20,644 bases of DNA, from positions 1 to 20,644 of the forward strand of contig CAZMGA010000012.1 of NCBI GenBank assembly GCA_964565725.1, written 5' to 3'. Under the pieces are notes generated by a model. That model had not been told where the DNA came from. It saw only the letters and a list, made by a program, of their open reading frames with translations, and ran no database searches. The position numbers and the translations under genes were made by a program. Below, piece by piece: positions 1-8,310 of this stretch. Positions within the stretch are counted from its first letter, which is position 1, and each line of letters starts with the position of its first letter. Source of the DNA: an uncultured archaeon (GTDB lineage: Archaea > Iainarchaeota > Iainarchaeia > Iainarchaeales > 0-14-0-20-30-16).

Positions 1-810
1 ATCTAAATCCAAATTTAAATTATCTTTTTTCTTTTCATCTTTTTTATCCTTTTTCTTTTCAATTTCAGAATCTTCTTCTTTTTCTGGATTTGTTTGTAAT
101 TGTTTATATATGTTTTCTGCAGCATCTTCTATTTTTTGTTTTTCTTGAATTTGTTCTTTATAATTATCTTCTGGTCTTCTAATTTCTTTTTTTTCTGTAT
201 TGCTCACTTGTTTAAATATTTCTTCAGACATGTCAATTTCTTTTGGTTTTTCTTTTGAGTCCTGATTTTGAATTTGTTTTAATTGATATATTTTTTTTCT
301 TAATTCTTGTTTTTTTAATTCTTTTATTTCTGCAATGCTTTTTCCATTGTCTCTATAAGTTCTCCATTCTCTTCTAGGAATATCATTTAAATTAATTTGT
401 TTATTATCTTTTGTAATTATTATATTATCATCATTTTTATTTATTATAATAGATTCTAACTCTCTTTTTAAAACACTTATTTCATCAGAGTCTAAAATTT
501 TAGTGTCTAAATTTTCATTTTGAATATGATTTATTTTTAATTCTTCAACATTATGTATTTTCTTTAATTCTTCTAATAATGAATTTACTTCCTCAAAATA
601 ATCTTTTTTAGGAATATCTTTTATTTCCTCTTCTTTTTTTTCTAAAACTTCATTTTTTGTATTATTGTATAATTTATCTATTACTGCTTTAGCAATATCA
701 TTGGAATAACCCTCTGCCATTATTGCAGTTCTAATCTCATTTTGGTTATATGTTTTAGATTTATTTCTTAATATATTTGTTAATTTATCTACTTCTGCAT
801 TAAAATTCAT
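1..810 (-). CDS. Hypothetical Lys/Glu-rich, probably coiled-coil protein; C-terminus cut off by the window edge (270 codons visible)
   Basis: Not in the ORF track. The minus-strand frame from ATG (808-810) runs to position 1 with no stop when read codon by codon. N-terminus MNFNAEVDKLTNILRNKSKTYNQNEIRTAIMAEGYSNDIAKAVIDKLYNN has a helical 'GYsxxiakavidkL' pattern, followed by highly charged E/K/N/Q-rich sequence. Confidence 0.8.
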   Translation of the reverse strand, partial: MNFNAEVDKLTNILRNKSKTYNQNEIRTAIMAEGYSNDIAKAVIDKLYNNTKNEVLEKKEEEIKDIPKKDYFEEVNSLLEELKKIHNVEELKINHIQNENLDTKILDSDEISVLKRELESIIINKNDDNIIITKDNKQINLNDIPRREWRTYRDNGKSIAEIKELKKQELRKKIYQLKQIQNQDSKEKPKEIDMSEEIFKQVSNTEKKEIRRPEDNYKEQIQEKQKIEDAAENIYKQLQTNPEKEEDSEIEKKKDKKDEKKKDNLNLDLD

Positions 811-865
811 AAAAATCAATAAAAATAAAGCAAATTATTTTAAATATGTTGTGTTTTATTATTTG

Positions 866-1360
866 ATGATCAATATTGTAAATATCTTATTAAGTATATT
901 ATATACTTTAAAATCTCTTATAGTTTATAGTCTAATTACTTTTATAGTGTTATTTTTGTTAACATTAGTGGAAAAACCAATATTTAATTTATTTAATAAA
1001 AAAATGTCTTGGAACCTTTCTGCTTTGTTTTCTACATATATTTTATCTTTCGTTATTGTAATTATAGCATATTATTTACCTTATTTTTTAGGTGTACCTA
1101 TGAAGGGTTTAGGCGCCGTTTATAATCCGTGGTTGTTTTATTTAAAATTATTTGGCTTGTTTTTATTATATGCTTTAATTATTGCATTAATTACGCAGGT
1201 TTTTATATTCTTAGGCTCTTATATATATAGTAAATTAAATTATGAGAAAGAATATGTTAAATTAGCTATAACAATATTGATAATAAGTGTAATATTAAAC
1301 ATATTAAATTTAATGTTTCCATGGATATTAGGTGGTTTAATAGTTTTAATATATTTTTAG
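866..1360 (+). CDS. Hypothetical polytopic membrane protein (~164 aa); track start is GTG at 851, ATG at 866 preferred
   Basis: Several long hydrophobic segments. A TATA-like ATTTTAAATAT (837-847) is centred about 25 nt upstream of ATG 866, which fits a leaderless start there better than the GTG at 851. Confidence 0.7.
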   Translation: MINIVNILLSILYTLKSLIVYSLITFIVLFLLTLVEKPIFNLFNKKMSWNLSALFSTYILSFVIVIIAYYLPYFLGVPMKGLGAVYNPWLFYLKLFGLFLLYALIIALITQVFIFLGSYIYSKLNYEKEYVKLAITILIISVILNILNLMFPWILGGLIVLIYF

Positions 1361-1367
1361 GGGTTAT

Positions 1368-4300
1368 ATGAAAAAAATATTTACATTTGGGTTTTTTTTA
1401 ATTTTAAGTATATTTTTATTAAGTTTTGTAATATCGGTGGGCTTAAATGTAAATGACGAGGAAACTAATTTAGGAGAATGTAGAACTATTACTTTAACTC
1501 CTGAACAAGTACAATCTTTATTTACTAATTATTTTTTAGACGCTGCAAAACCAAAAACATTAAAATCAGGTGCTGCAATAGATTCTAATAATCCCAAAGA
1601 AGATACTAATTGTCATACTATAAATATGGTAGATAGTAAAGGCACTTCTGGTATAGGTTCAGACATTGGTTGTGTTTCGGAATCTTCAAATGTTAGAAGC
1701 GATGATATGAAAATGAATCAATCTTGTGATGGAGATAATGCTACAGGTATGGTTTTAACAGATGATTTAAGATTGGGTAGATGTGAAAACATAAATGTTT
1801 GTAGTGTAGATACAAATCAATTAAGTTATAGAAACTCAATTAGTGGAATGGAATTAGTTAAGAGAAGTGCATTAGGTTTAATTCCCACTACTAAAGAATT
1901 TACAAGTAATTTTAATTCAACAGCTCAAAACACTTCTCAAACATCTAATAATAATACTCCTAAATTTGCAACTAAAAATGAAGTGAAAACAGCATCAACA
2001 CAAGATACTATTACAATGGAACAATTAGAACAGGCTGGAGTTTTAGATCAAAATATAGAAACAACCCAAAGAAAAGCAGATATGACTAATTTAATTAAAA
2101 ATAATATTAAGGCATCAACTTTTGAAGCACAATTCCAAGATGTGTGTACTGGACAAGATGCATCAGATAGGTGTAAAATATTTATATATTCTTTTTTTGA
2201 TAGACATTATAACGCATATTACAGTAGTACTATAGTAATTTCAACTATGGGTCCTGCATTTTTAGGAATATCTAAAAAAATATTAGGGAAAATACCTGCT
2301 TTGAAAAATTTGGGGGGCAAACTAGCTGATGAAGCAAATATTATAAAAGGAAAATTCCATACTAATGTGACAAACAAATTTAAAGATGAAGTAGGAGATT
2401 TAAGAAAAGAATTAGCTAATAGTAGGGTATTTAAAGGCATGAGTGAAAAGGATGTTGCAGCTTTAGAGGAATCATTAATTGCAAATAATGGAGATGATAT
2501 GATTAAAATATTAGATGAAAGATTAGGAAAAAATTTAATTTCATCTGGTACTACTCAACCTCAAAGAACATTTGCAAGATATATTACTCAAAAAAATAGT
2601 TATGCAAAATATTTAAAATCACAAATGGCTGATGGGGAAGAAGCAGCATTTAGAGCTATAGCAAATGCAGATACTTCTGTTTTAGGTGTTAAACCTGTAG
2701 CAAGATTTATAGACAAAAATCCAAAATATGATCAATTTTTATTTAGTCCTTCTGGAAGAATTGATGATGCTGCATCTATTTCTCAAGTATCTAAAGATTT
2801 TTTTAAAAATTTGGGTAGTGGAAAACCAGTTGTGTTGTATAGATCCAAAGATCCTAGATTTTTAGCAGATTTGGCAAGTAATGATTTAGAAGCATTTATT
2901 AGAGCAAATCCTAATAAAAATTTATTAGTAAATATAGATGGACAATTATATCCTTTAACAAAAGGAAATTTAGCACAAATTAAATCCAGTGGATTTTCTG
3001 ATTTCCAAGTTTTAGAAGCTGGAGAAAAAATACAATTAACACCTGCAGAAACAGACGAGGTTTTAAAAGCTTTAAAAAAAGATTTTGTTAAAGATGGGGA
3101 AGATATTGTAAAAAATTTAGATGCAAGAACTGAACAAATGATGGATGCTTTAGTTCAAGGAAATTATTTGGATAATGGTTATGCTAGTGCATTAAATTTT
3201 TTAGTGTATAATTCTTATTTTGGAAGAACCGGATCATATATAAAACAAGGATTAACAGCAGTAGTTGTACCTCCAATATATTGGGGAATAAAATCAAATG
3301 ATAACTCTCCTTTAAAAGCTTATTTTATTGGTGAAAAAGAAATGACTAACGCAAAAATATATTTGGGTACACAACAAATATACAATGATGCTTATATTGA
3401 TTTTTTTGTTAATGCTAATTTGTCTAATGGAGACTTTGTTAAAGATACTATAATAAAAGGGACTTATGCGGTAGGAGATTTTGTATTATTAGATGATTGG
3501 GAAATACAAGATAAATTAAACGCTGTATTGCAAATGTCTGCAAGAGATGATGTTCAAGACGTAGTATATACAAATTCAGTTTCTAATTGTAGTAATTGTT
3601 CTATAGTAAGAAAAATAGTTAATGGTGCAGGACAAATAAATAATTTTTCTAAAAATGATACTGATAATTATATTTTGGAATATCCTAACGCTATTACTGA
3701 TGCAAAAAAAGGAAGAAGTTTAGCATTATATAGTCATCATACAAACATTGCATTTACTGCAAAAGGTAATAATGAAAAAATAAATGATACTATTGATTTA
3801 GAACAAGCAATTTTAAATAAAACTACTTGTGTAGATAAAATTAATGAATCTGTTATTGCTCAAATACCTTTAATTGGAGCTTATTTTAAAGATAATGAAT
3901 CTAGAATAGGATTAGCAACAGGTATTTTGGAAAATGTAGGTTTTTATTTGCCTACTAAGTTTTTATCTTCTTGGGCTGGTTTTTTAGGTGGAGTTGCAAC
4001 TACAGGAATATTAGATACAAGAGTAAGAGAATTATATGAAGGTTGTGTAGATACAGAAGAAGGTTATTATATTAATTATACTCATAAATTTGAAAAAGAA
4101 AAAAATGATAATCCATTATCTGGATTGATTGGTAAAGGTAAAGACGCTATTAAATCAGAAGATGTTTCACAAAATTTAGATAAATTAAATTCAACTATGG
4201 ATGATTTAAAAAATAGTTTATTCAAAGTAATTGAAAATAAAGATAAAGAATTTATGCAAATTTATTTTAAAACAATGGGTAATACTACTTCAAATTATTT

Positions 4301-5669
4301 TTCTGATCAAATATTTTTAACTTGGTTAGGACCAAATTCAACTTGTAGTAAAGTTAATATAGATACTCCTACAAAATTAGAAATGAGTGGTAAAACAATA
4401 ACTGGTGAAGATGTAACTTATAAATTGGATGGAGATACTTTTACAAGAAATGGAAATACAATTTTAAAAAGTCAATTATTACAATTTGCAACAACAAGTA
4501 ATTTATTTGCAGGATTAGAAATTCCTCAAAGTGTTACTTTTTCACCAGCAAATTCTGTTGGCAATTATTTTGAAATGTACTCTAATGGTGATTTTAAAAT
4601 ATTAGATTTTGCAACAAAATATTGTATGTTAAGCGGTATGAAAAAACAAACTGGTAGAGATGCTGAATTTTTAAATTATACTGGTGTATTAAACAAAATT
4701 AATTTAATGGATAAAACAATAACTTTGGGTAATGAATTTACTATTTTGGGTGGAGACACTGTTAGAAATAGTACTAAGAATTCTTTAATTGTTGATAATA
4801 ATAAACATGTAATTAATTCAAAAACAAAAGAAGATTATGGCTTATTCCAAAGTGCTGAATTTGAAAAAGGTATTTTGTATTATAGACAATCTACTGATGA
4901 ATTTGCTATATGGATTAGAATTATTTCAAAAATTTCTGGTAATAATATAGATAAGTTTGTAGCAAGTCCTACAAAAGTAGTAAATCCCGATACTAATTGT
5001 GAAGAACCTGCAATAGATTTATCTATAACTGGTAATCCTAATGATGTTGCGGCTTTAAATAAAGCTAATGAATTTAATGATGCATTAGAACATGCAGGAC
5101 CATATCAATATTTTGAAACTGATGATAAAATAATACAATTTTATTCTAAATTGGTAGAAGGACAATGTAAAGAATATATGAGAGTAATTGATAAAAAAAC
5201 AAATAAGATAATTTCTGATGAAGAAATTACTGGAATTGAAAGAACTGATACAGGCATAAAAGTAAATACTGCTGATGGTAGATCTCATACTTTGGAGTTT
5301 AGTAATGAAAATGGAAAGCCAATATTAAGCTTTGATGGTGTTAAAAGTAATTTGTTGTTTGCCCAAGGTAGAAATGGTTCATTTTATTTTGATCCAAAAA
5401 CTGGAGAATGGTATGTAGGGAATAGTCAAATTTTGCCATTAGATGATGAATTTAGAGAGTTAGGTAGTTTAGAAAGAAATGGTACTACAGAACCAGGAAA
5501 CAATCCTTATTCTTCAGCGAATAATAATTCTTCAGGAAAATCTTCAACAGGTTTTTCAATACCTTTATTTGAAGGTTATGAAAGAATAATATTTGTAGTT
5601 TTAAGTTTATTTTTTGTTTTAACTTTAGTTTATTTTACTCAAAGGAGAGATTTAAATGAAACTAAATGA
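1368..5669 (+). CDS. Giant predicted exported, C-terminally membrane-anchored protein (1433 aa), family unknown
   Basis: N-terminal signal/anchor MKKIFTFGFFLILSIFLLSFVISVG; Cys-containing N-terminal region; many N-x-S/T sequons; S/N/G-rich linker (NNPYSSANNNSSGKSSTG) followed by a terminal hydrophobic helix RIIFVVLSLFFVLTLVYF and short charged tail. Starts 7 nt after the previous stop. Confidence 0.9.
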   Translation: MKKIFTFGFFLILSIFLLSFVISVGLNVNDEETNLGECRTITLTPEQVQSLFTNYFLDAAKPKTLKSGAAIDSNNPKEDTNCHTINMVDSKGTSGIGSDIGCVSESSNVRSDDMKMNQSCDGDNATGMVLTDDLRLGRCENINVCSVDTNQLSYRNSISGMELVKRSALGLIPTTKEFTSNFNSTAQNTSQTSNNNTPKFATKNEVKTASTQDTITMEQLEQAGVLDQNIETTQRKADMTNLIKNNIKASTFEAQFQDVCTGQDASDRCKIFIYSFFDRHYNAYYSSTIVISTMGPAFLGISKKILGKIPALKNLGGKLADEANIIKGKFHTNVTNKFKDEVGDLRKELANSRVFKGMSEKDVAALEESLIANNGDDMIKILDERLGKNLISSGTTQPQRTFARYITQKNSYAKYLKSQMADGEEAAFRAIANADTSVLGVKPVARFIDKNPKYDQFLFSPSGRIDDAASISQVSKDFFKNLGSGKPVVLYRSKDPRFLADLASNDLEAFIRANPNKNLLVNIDGQLYPLTKGNLAQIKSSGFSDFQVLEAGEKIQLTPAETDEVLKALKKDFVKDGEDIVKNLDARTEQMMDALVQGNYLDNGYASALNFLVYNSYFGRTGSYIKQGLTAVVVPPIYWGIKSNDNSPLKAYFIGEKEMTNAKIYLGTQQIYNDAYIDFFVNANLSNGDFVKDTIIKGTYAVGDFVLLDDWEIQDKLNAVLQMSARDDVQDVVYTNSVSNCSNCSIVRKIVNGAGQINNFSKNDTDNYILEYPNAITDAKKGRSLALYSHHTNIAFTAKGNNEKINDTIDLEQAILNKTTCVDKINESVIAQIPLIGAYFKDNESRIGLATGILENVGFYLPTKFLSSWAGFLGGVATTGILDTRVRELYEGCVDTEEGYYINYTHKFEKEKNDNPLSGLIGKGKDAIKSEDVSQNLDKLNSTMDDLKNSLFKVIENKDKEFMQIYFKTMGNTTSNYFSDQIFLTWLGPNSTCSKVNIDTPTKLEMSGKTITGEDVTYKLDGDTFTRNGNTILKSQLLQFATTSNLFAGLEIPQSVTFSPANSVGNYFEMYSNGDFKILDFATKYCMLSGMKKQTGRDAEFLNYTGVLNKINLMDKTITLGNEFTILGGDTVRNSTKNSLIVDNNKHVINSKTKEDYGLFQSAEFEKGILYYRQSTDEFAIWIRIISKISGNNIDKFVASPTKVVNPDTNCEEPAIDLSITGNPNDVAALNKANEFNDALEHAGPYQYFETDDKIIQFYSKLVEGQCKEYMRVIDKKTNKIISDEEITGIERTDTGIKVNTADGRSHTLEFSNENGKPILSFDGVKSNLLFAQGRNGSFYFDPKTGEWYVGNSQILPLDDEFRELGSLERNGTTEPGNNPYSSANNNSSGKSSTGFSIPLFEGYERIIFVVLSLFFVLTLVYFTQRRDLNETK

Positions 5670-6411
5670 ATTGATAAAAAATATATATAATAGAATATTT
5701 TGTAAAGATATTTTTTGGTCTACTTTTTTATTAAATTTAATTTTAGGATTAGTTGTTTTTTTTATTTTTATTTTATTTTTGGGTTTTGATTTTTCTGCTT
5801 ATTTAAATTTATTAAATCCTGATTTTGTTAATGATGTTTATTTGTTAGAATTAATAAAAAAATATTTAATTCATATAATTTGTTTTTTTATTATTTTGCT
5901 TTATCTTCAGTTTGTATTATATGCTTTTATTTTGTTTAAAATATCTAAAAAGAAGTCAAAACATTTTTTTGAAAATTTAGGAAAATCTTTTTATAAGGGT
6001 TTATTATTATTTTTTGGTTTCTTAATATTTAGTTTTATTGCTACTATTATTTTACTATTAACCTTTTTATTTTTAAAAATACCTTATTTTGGATTAGTTT
6101 TATCTATATTATTTTTCTTAATCTTGGTAGTTTTTTTTGGTCCCGGATATTATATATTATTGGGAAAAATTTTCAATGGTTCCTTTTTTGATGCAATTTT
6201 AAGTGCATTAGTTTTGCCTTTTAAAAAGATTGGTTTAACTGGTAAGTTTTGGGTTTTAAATTTTATATTATTATTTGTGTTTATTATTTCATCATTATTA
6301 GAATTTATTCCTTTTGTGGGTTTATTTTTATATTTTATATTTATATTGTTTTTAAACCCTGCAATAATGATTTATACCTTTTCAATTATTTATGATTTTT
6401 CTAAAGAGTAA
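5656..6411 (+). CDS. Polytopic membrane protein (251 aa), resembling uncharacterised multi-TM permease-like/DUF4013-like proteins
   Basis: Multiple hydrophobic segments. ATG overlaps the end of the giant ORF by 14 nt, with an SD-like AGGAGAG (5643-5649) upstream, suggesting translational coupling. Confidence 0.75.
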   Translation: MKLNELIKNIYNRIFCKDIFWSTFLLNLILGLVVFFIFILFLGFDFSAYLNLLNPDFVNDVYLLELIKKYLIHIICFFIILLYLQFVLYAFILFKISKKKSKHFFENLGKSFYKGLLLFFGFLIFSFIATIILLLTFLFLKIPYFGLVLSILFFLILVVFFGPGYYILLGKIFNGSFFDAILSALVLPFKKIGLTGKFWVLNFILLFVFIISSLLEFIPFVGLFLYFIFILFLNPAIMIYTFSIIYDFSKE

Positions 6412-6436
6412 ATAATTTTTGTAAAATTATTAAAAA

Positions 6437-7165
6437 TTAAACAAAAGTCATTTGACTTTTATTTTCTTCTTTAGTTTGTTGTTCCATTTGATTCATTCTT
6501 TCTTTTAAACTAGCTATAATTTTTTTTGCCTCATCTTCTAAAGGATTTGTGTCTATATCTATTTTAAATATAGTTTCTATAGCTTCTAAAATATCTGCAG
6601 CACTATTAAAATTAGTATTTTTACCTGGATTTGCTAATAAAATATAACTTTCTATTTTATCTGCTAGTATGGATATTTGTGCAGTAGGTCCAGAAATTAA
6701 TCCTTTTTCTAAAATTGGAAAATTATGTTGTTTAAATAAATCTTTTTTTGCTATTTTATTATTTGCAAAATAAACTCCTCTTTTTGATTCGCTAGGCATT
6801 GTTCCTACTAATGAAATTATACCTTTAACTTTTTTTTGCATACACCAATCAACTAATGTTTTTGCATAATTATATGTTTGTTTTGCATCAATTGTTTGAT
6901 CTGAAAGTAATACTAATAATTTGTATTTTCTATTTGCATAAATTCTTATAGGGTGTTCTATTATCCCTTTTGTAATTCTTATTATTGGAATTATATTTGG
7001 GCTTTCAACATATGCTATTAAATCCATTTTTTTAATATCTACTAAATATCTAGTAGCTATTGTAGCAATTAAGTCAGGACTTGGTGTGCCTTCAATTAAA
7101 TAATAACCTTTAAAATTTGTTTTAACTAAATCTATTATTTTTGTATTTCTCTCATCATTTTTCAT
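6437..7165 (-). CDS. PAC2 family protein (proteasome-assembly-chaperone-like)
   Basis: YYLIEGTPSPDLIATIATRYLVDIKKMDLIAYVESPNIIPIIRITKGIIEHPIRIYANRKYKLLVLLSDQ follows the PAC2 N-terminal pattern; length 242 aa and archaeal context fit. Confidence 0.75.
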   Translation of the reverse strand: MKNDERNTKIIDLVKTNFKGYYLIEGTPSPDLIATIATRYLVDIKKMDLIAYVESPNIIPIIRITKGIIEHPIRIYANRKYKLLVLLSDQTIDAKQTYNYAKTLVDWCMQKKVKGIISLVGTMPSESKRGVYFANNKIAKKDLFKQHNFPILEKGLISGPTAQISILADKIESYILLANPGKNTNFNSAADILEAIETIFKIDIDTNPLEDEAKKIIASLKERMNQMEQQTKEENKSQMTFV

Positions 7166-7186
7166 ATATTAAAAAAATCAGATTAG

Positions 7187-7195
7187 TTTATATAG
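7187..7195. promoter_or_regulatory. Putative shared TATA element of the divergent PAC2/alba intergenic region
   Basis: TTTATATAG on plus reads CTATATAAA on minus. It lies about 25 nt from the PAC2 ATG (7165, minus strand) and upstream of the alba SD. Confidence 0.45.
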
Positions 7196-7239
7196 GTTGC
7201 TATTATATATATATAAAATCGCTCTATGGAGGTAGATTT

Positions 7240-7521
7240 ATGTCTAATGAAGTAAAGGATAGTGTAATTTTAATAGGTAAAAAAAATACAAAAAGCTATG
7301 TTTTGGCTGTAATTACTTTATTAAATCAAGGTGTACAAAAAATTACTCTAAAAGCGAGAGGTAAAGCAATAAGCACAGCAGTAGATGTTGCTGAAATGGT
7401 AAGAAATAAATTTGCAAAAGATTTAAAAGTAGAGGATATTAAGATATCTACTGAAGAATTAAAAAATGAAGATGGTAGCTCTGTAAGAGTATCTGCAATT
7501 GAAATTATTTTAAATAAATAA
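7240..7521 (+). CDS. albA: DNA/RNA-binding protein Alba
   Basis: MSNEVKDSVILIGKKNTKSYVLAVITLLNQGVQKITLKARGKAISTAVDVAEMVRNKF matches the Alba fold signature. SD GGAGGT (7228-7233) precedes ATG 7240; the track start at 7141 is upstream of this and unlikely. Confidence 0.93.
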   Translation: MSNEVKDSVILIGKKNTKSYVLAVITLLNQGVQKITLKARGKAISTAVDVAEMVRNKFAKDLKVEDIKISTEELKNEDGSSVRVSAIEIILNK

Positions 7522-7571
7522 TCATAAAAACATCAAATCCAAATTATTTTTTGGGTTTAAGTTAATATTTC

Positions 7572-7597
7572 AAGGTTTTTTAAACCTTCTTTTTTTG
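7572..7597 (+). terminator. Putative hairpin + T-tract terminator downstream of alba
   Basis: AAGGTTT-TTT-AAACCTT (7572-7588), a 7-bp stem with 3-nt loop, followed by CTTTTTTTG. Confidence 0.45.
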
Positions 7598-7619
7598 TTT
7601 TTGAACCGCAAACATTTAA

Positions 7620-7640
7620 AGTCATGATGAAGTCATGATA
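7620..7640. repeat. Tandem direct repeat AGTCATGAT, two copies at 11-bp spacing
   Basis: agtcatgatga (7620-7630) followed directly by agtcatgata (7631-7640); each contains the palindrome TCATGA, and the pair abuts the start region of the ORF at 7645. Confidence 0.7.
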
Positions 7641-7644
7641 TATT

Positions 7645-8157
7645 ATGACTGATAAAATAATTAATCATGATTATTTGCAGAGTGATGGCTTACAATTGGT
7701 GTTGCAACAATTAAGTGAGTCTAACGAAATAGATTTAGTAGAGCAGATTTATGCTTTAAGTGATAGACCAGAAGTTTTAGGTTTATTAATTTATAAACTT
7801 ATGACTGAAAGAAAAAAAACAAATGAGCTTATGGAAGGCATAAATAAAAAATATGATGCTTTACTAGAATATTTGAATGAAACTGCAAATACAAATACAG
7901 TCAAAGCCCCTTTTAACGAGGTTTTAGAGGAAGAAATAAATATAGATAATTTGTTCTTAACAGAACAAGATAAATCTATATTATTTGAAGCAAAAACTAA
8001 CAAATGGATAGATGCAAAATTAATTCAAGATAAATTAAACTATAAAGGATTAAATGCTGCATCTCAAAGATTAAATAAACTTTGTAAAGAAGGTTATTTA
8101 GATAAAAATAGAGTTGGTCAATCTGTGGTTTTTGTTTTAAATAAAAAATATATATAA
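7645..8157 (+). CDS. Hypothetical protein with a possible C-terminal winged-helix-like region
   Basis: C-terminal WIDAKLIQDKLNYKGLNAASQRLNKLCKEGYLDKNRVGQSVVFVLNKKYI resembles a helix-turn-helix plus wing. TATA-like ATTTAAA (7614-7620) lies about 28 nt upstream of the ATG. Confidence 0.65.
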   Translation: MTDKIINHDYLQSDGLQLVLQQLSESNEIDLVEQIYALSDRPEVLGLLIYKLMTERKKTNELMEGINKKYDALLEYLNETANTNTVKAPFNEVLEEEINIDNLFLTEQDKSILFEAKTNKWIDAKLIQDKLNYKGLNAASQRLNKLCKEGYLDKNRVGQSVVFVLNKKYI

Positions 8158-8189
8158 TATTTAGCAACCTTTTACACAATGTCAAAAAG

Positions 8190-8212
8190 AATCAGAGACT
8201 AATTCTCTGATT
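8190..8212. terminator. Terminator-like hairpin downstream of the 7645-8157 gene
   Basis: AATCAGAGA-CTAAT-TCTCTGATT, a 9-bp perfect stem with 5-nt loop, then TCTTTT and a further T tract near 8225-8234. Confidence 0.5.
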
Positions 8213-8285
8213 TCTTTTGCTAATACTTTTTTTTTAAAATTATTAATTAATTATTATGAATTATTTTTTTTAAAAAATTAGAAAA

Positions 8286-8305
8286 ATATCGGGAATTCCC
8301 GATAT
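8286..8305 (-). terminator. 20-bp perfect palindrome, terminator-like for the minus-strand small ORF
   Basis: ATATCGGGAATTCCCGATAT. On the minus strand it begins 5 nt after the small ORF stop and is followed by TTTTC and more T-rich sequence. Confidence 0.5.
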
Positions 8306-8310
8306 CATAT

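Noticed and set aside
2219-2440. Minus-strand ORF inside the giant gene
   Set aside because: Antisense to a long, protein-like ORF, with no SD and low-complexity hydrophobic translation; AT-rich shadow ORF.
5085-5288. Minus-strand 67-aa ORF inside the giant gene
   Set aside because: Antisense shadow ORF with no supporting signals.
7141-7239. N-terminal extension of the alba ORF in the track (MYFSHHFSYIKKIRLVYIGCYYIYIKSLYGGRF...)
   Set aside because: Not Alba-like; covers the promoter region, and the GGAGGT SD places the start at 7240.
7624-7652. Possible C/D box sRNA (ATGATGA ... CTGA)
   Set aside because: The C-like and D-like boxes are only ~18 nt apart, no convincing D'/C' pair was found, and the motif is better explained by the tandem AGTCATGAT repeat plus the start of the ORF.
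7791-8185. Two minus-strand ORFs (7791-8003 and 7997-8185)
   Set aside because: Antisense to the 7645-8157 gene; composition and lack of SD favour chance ORFs.
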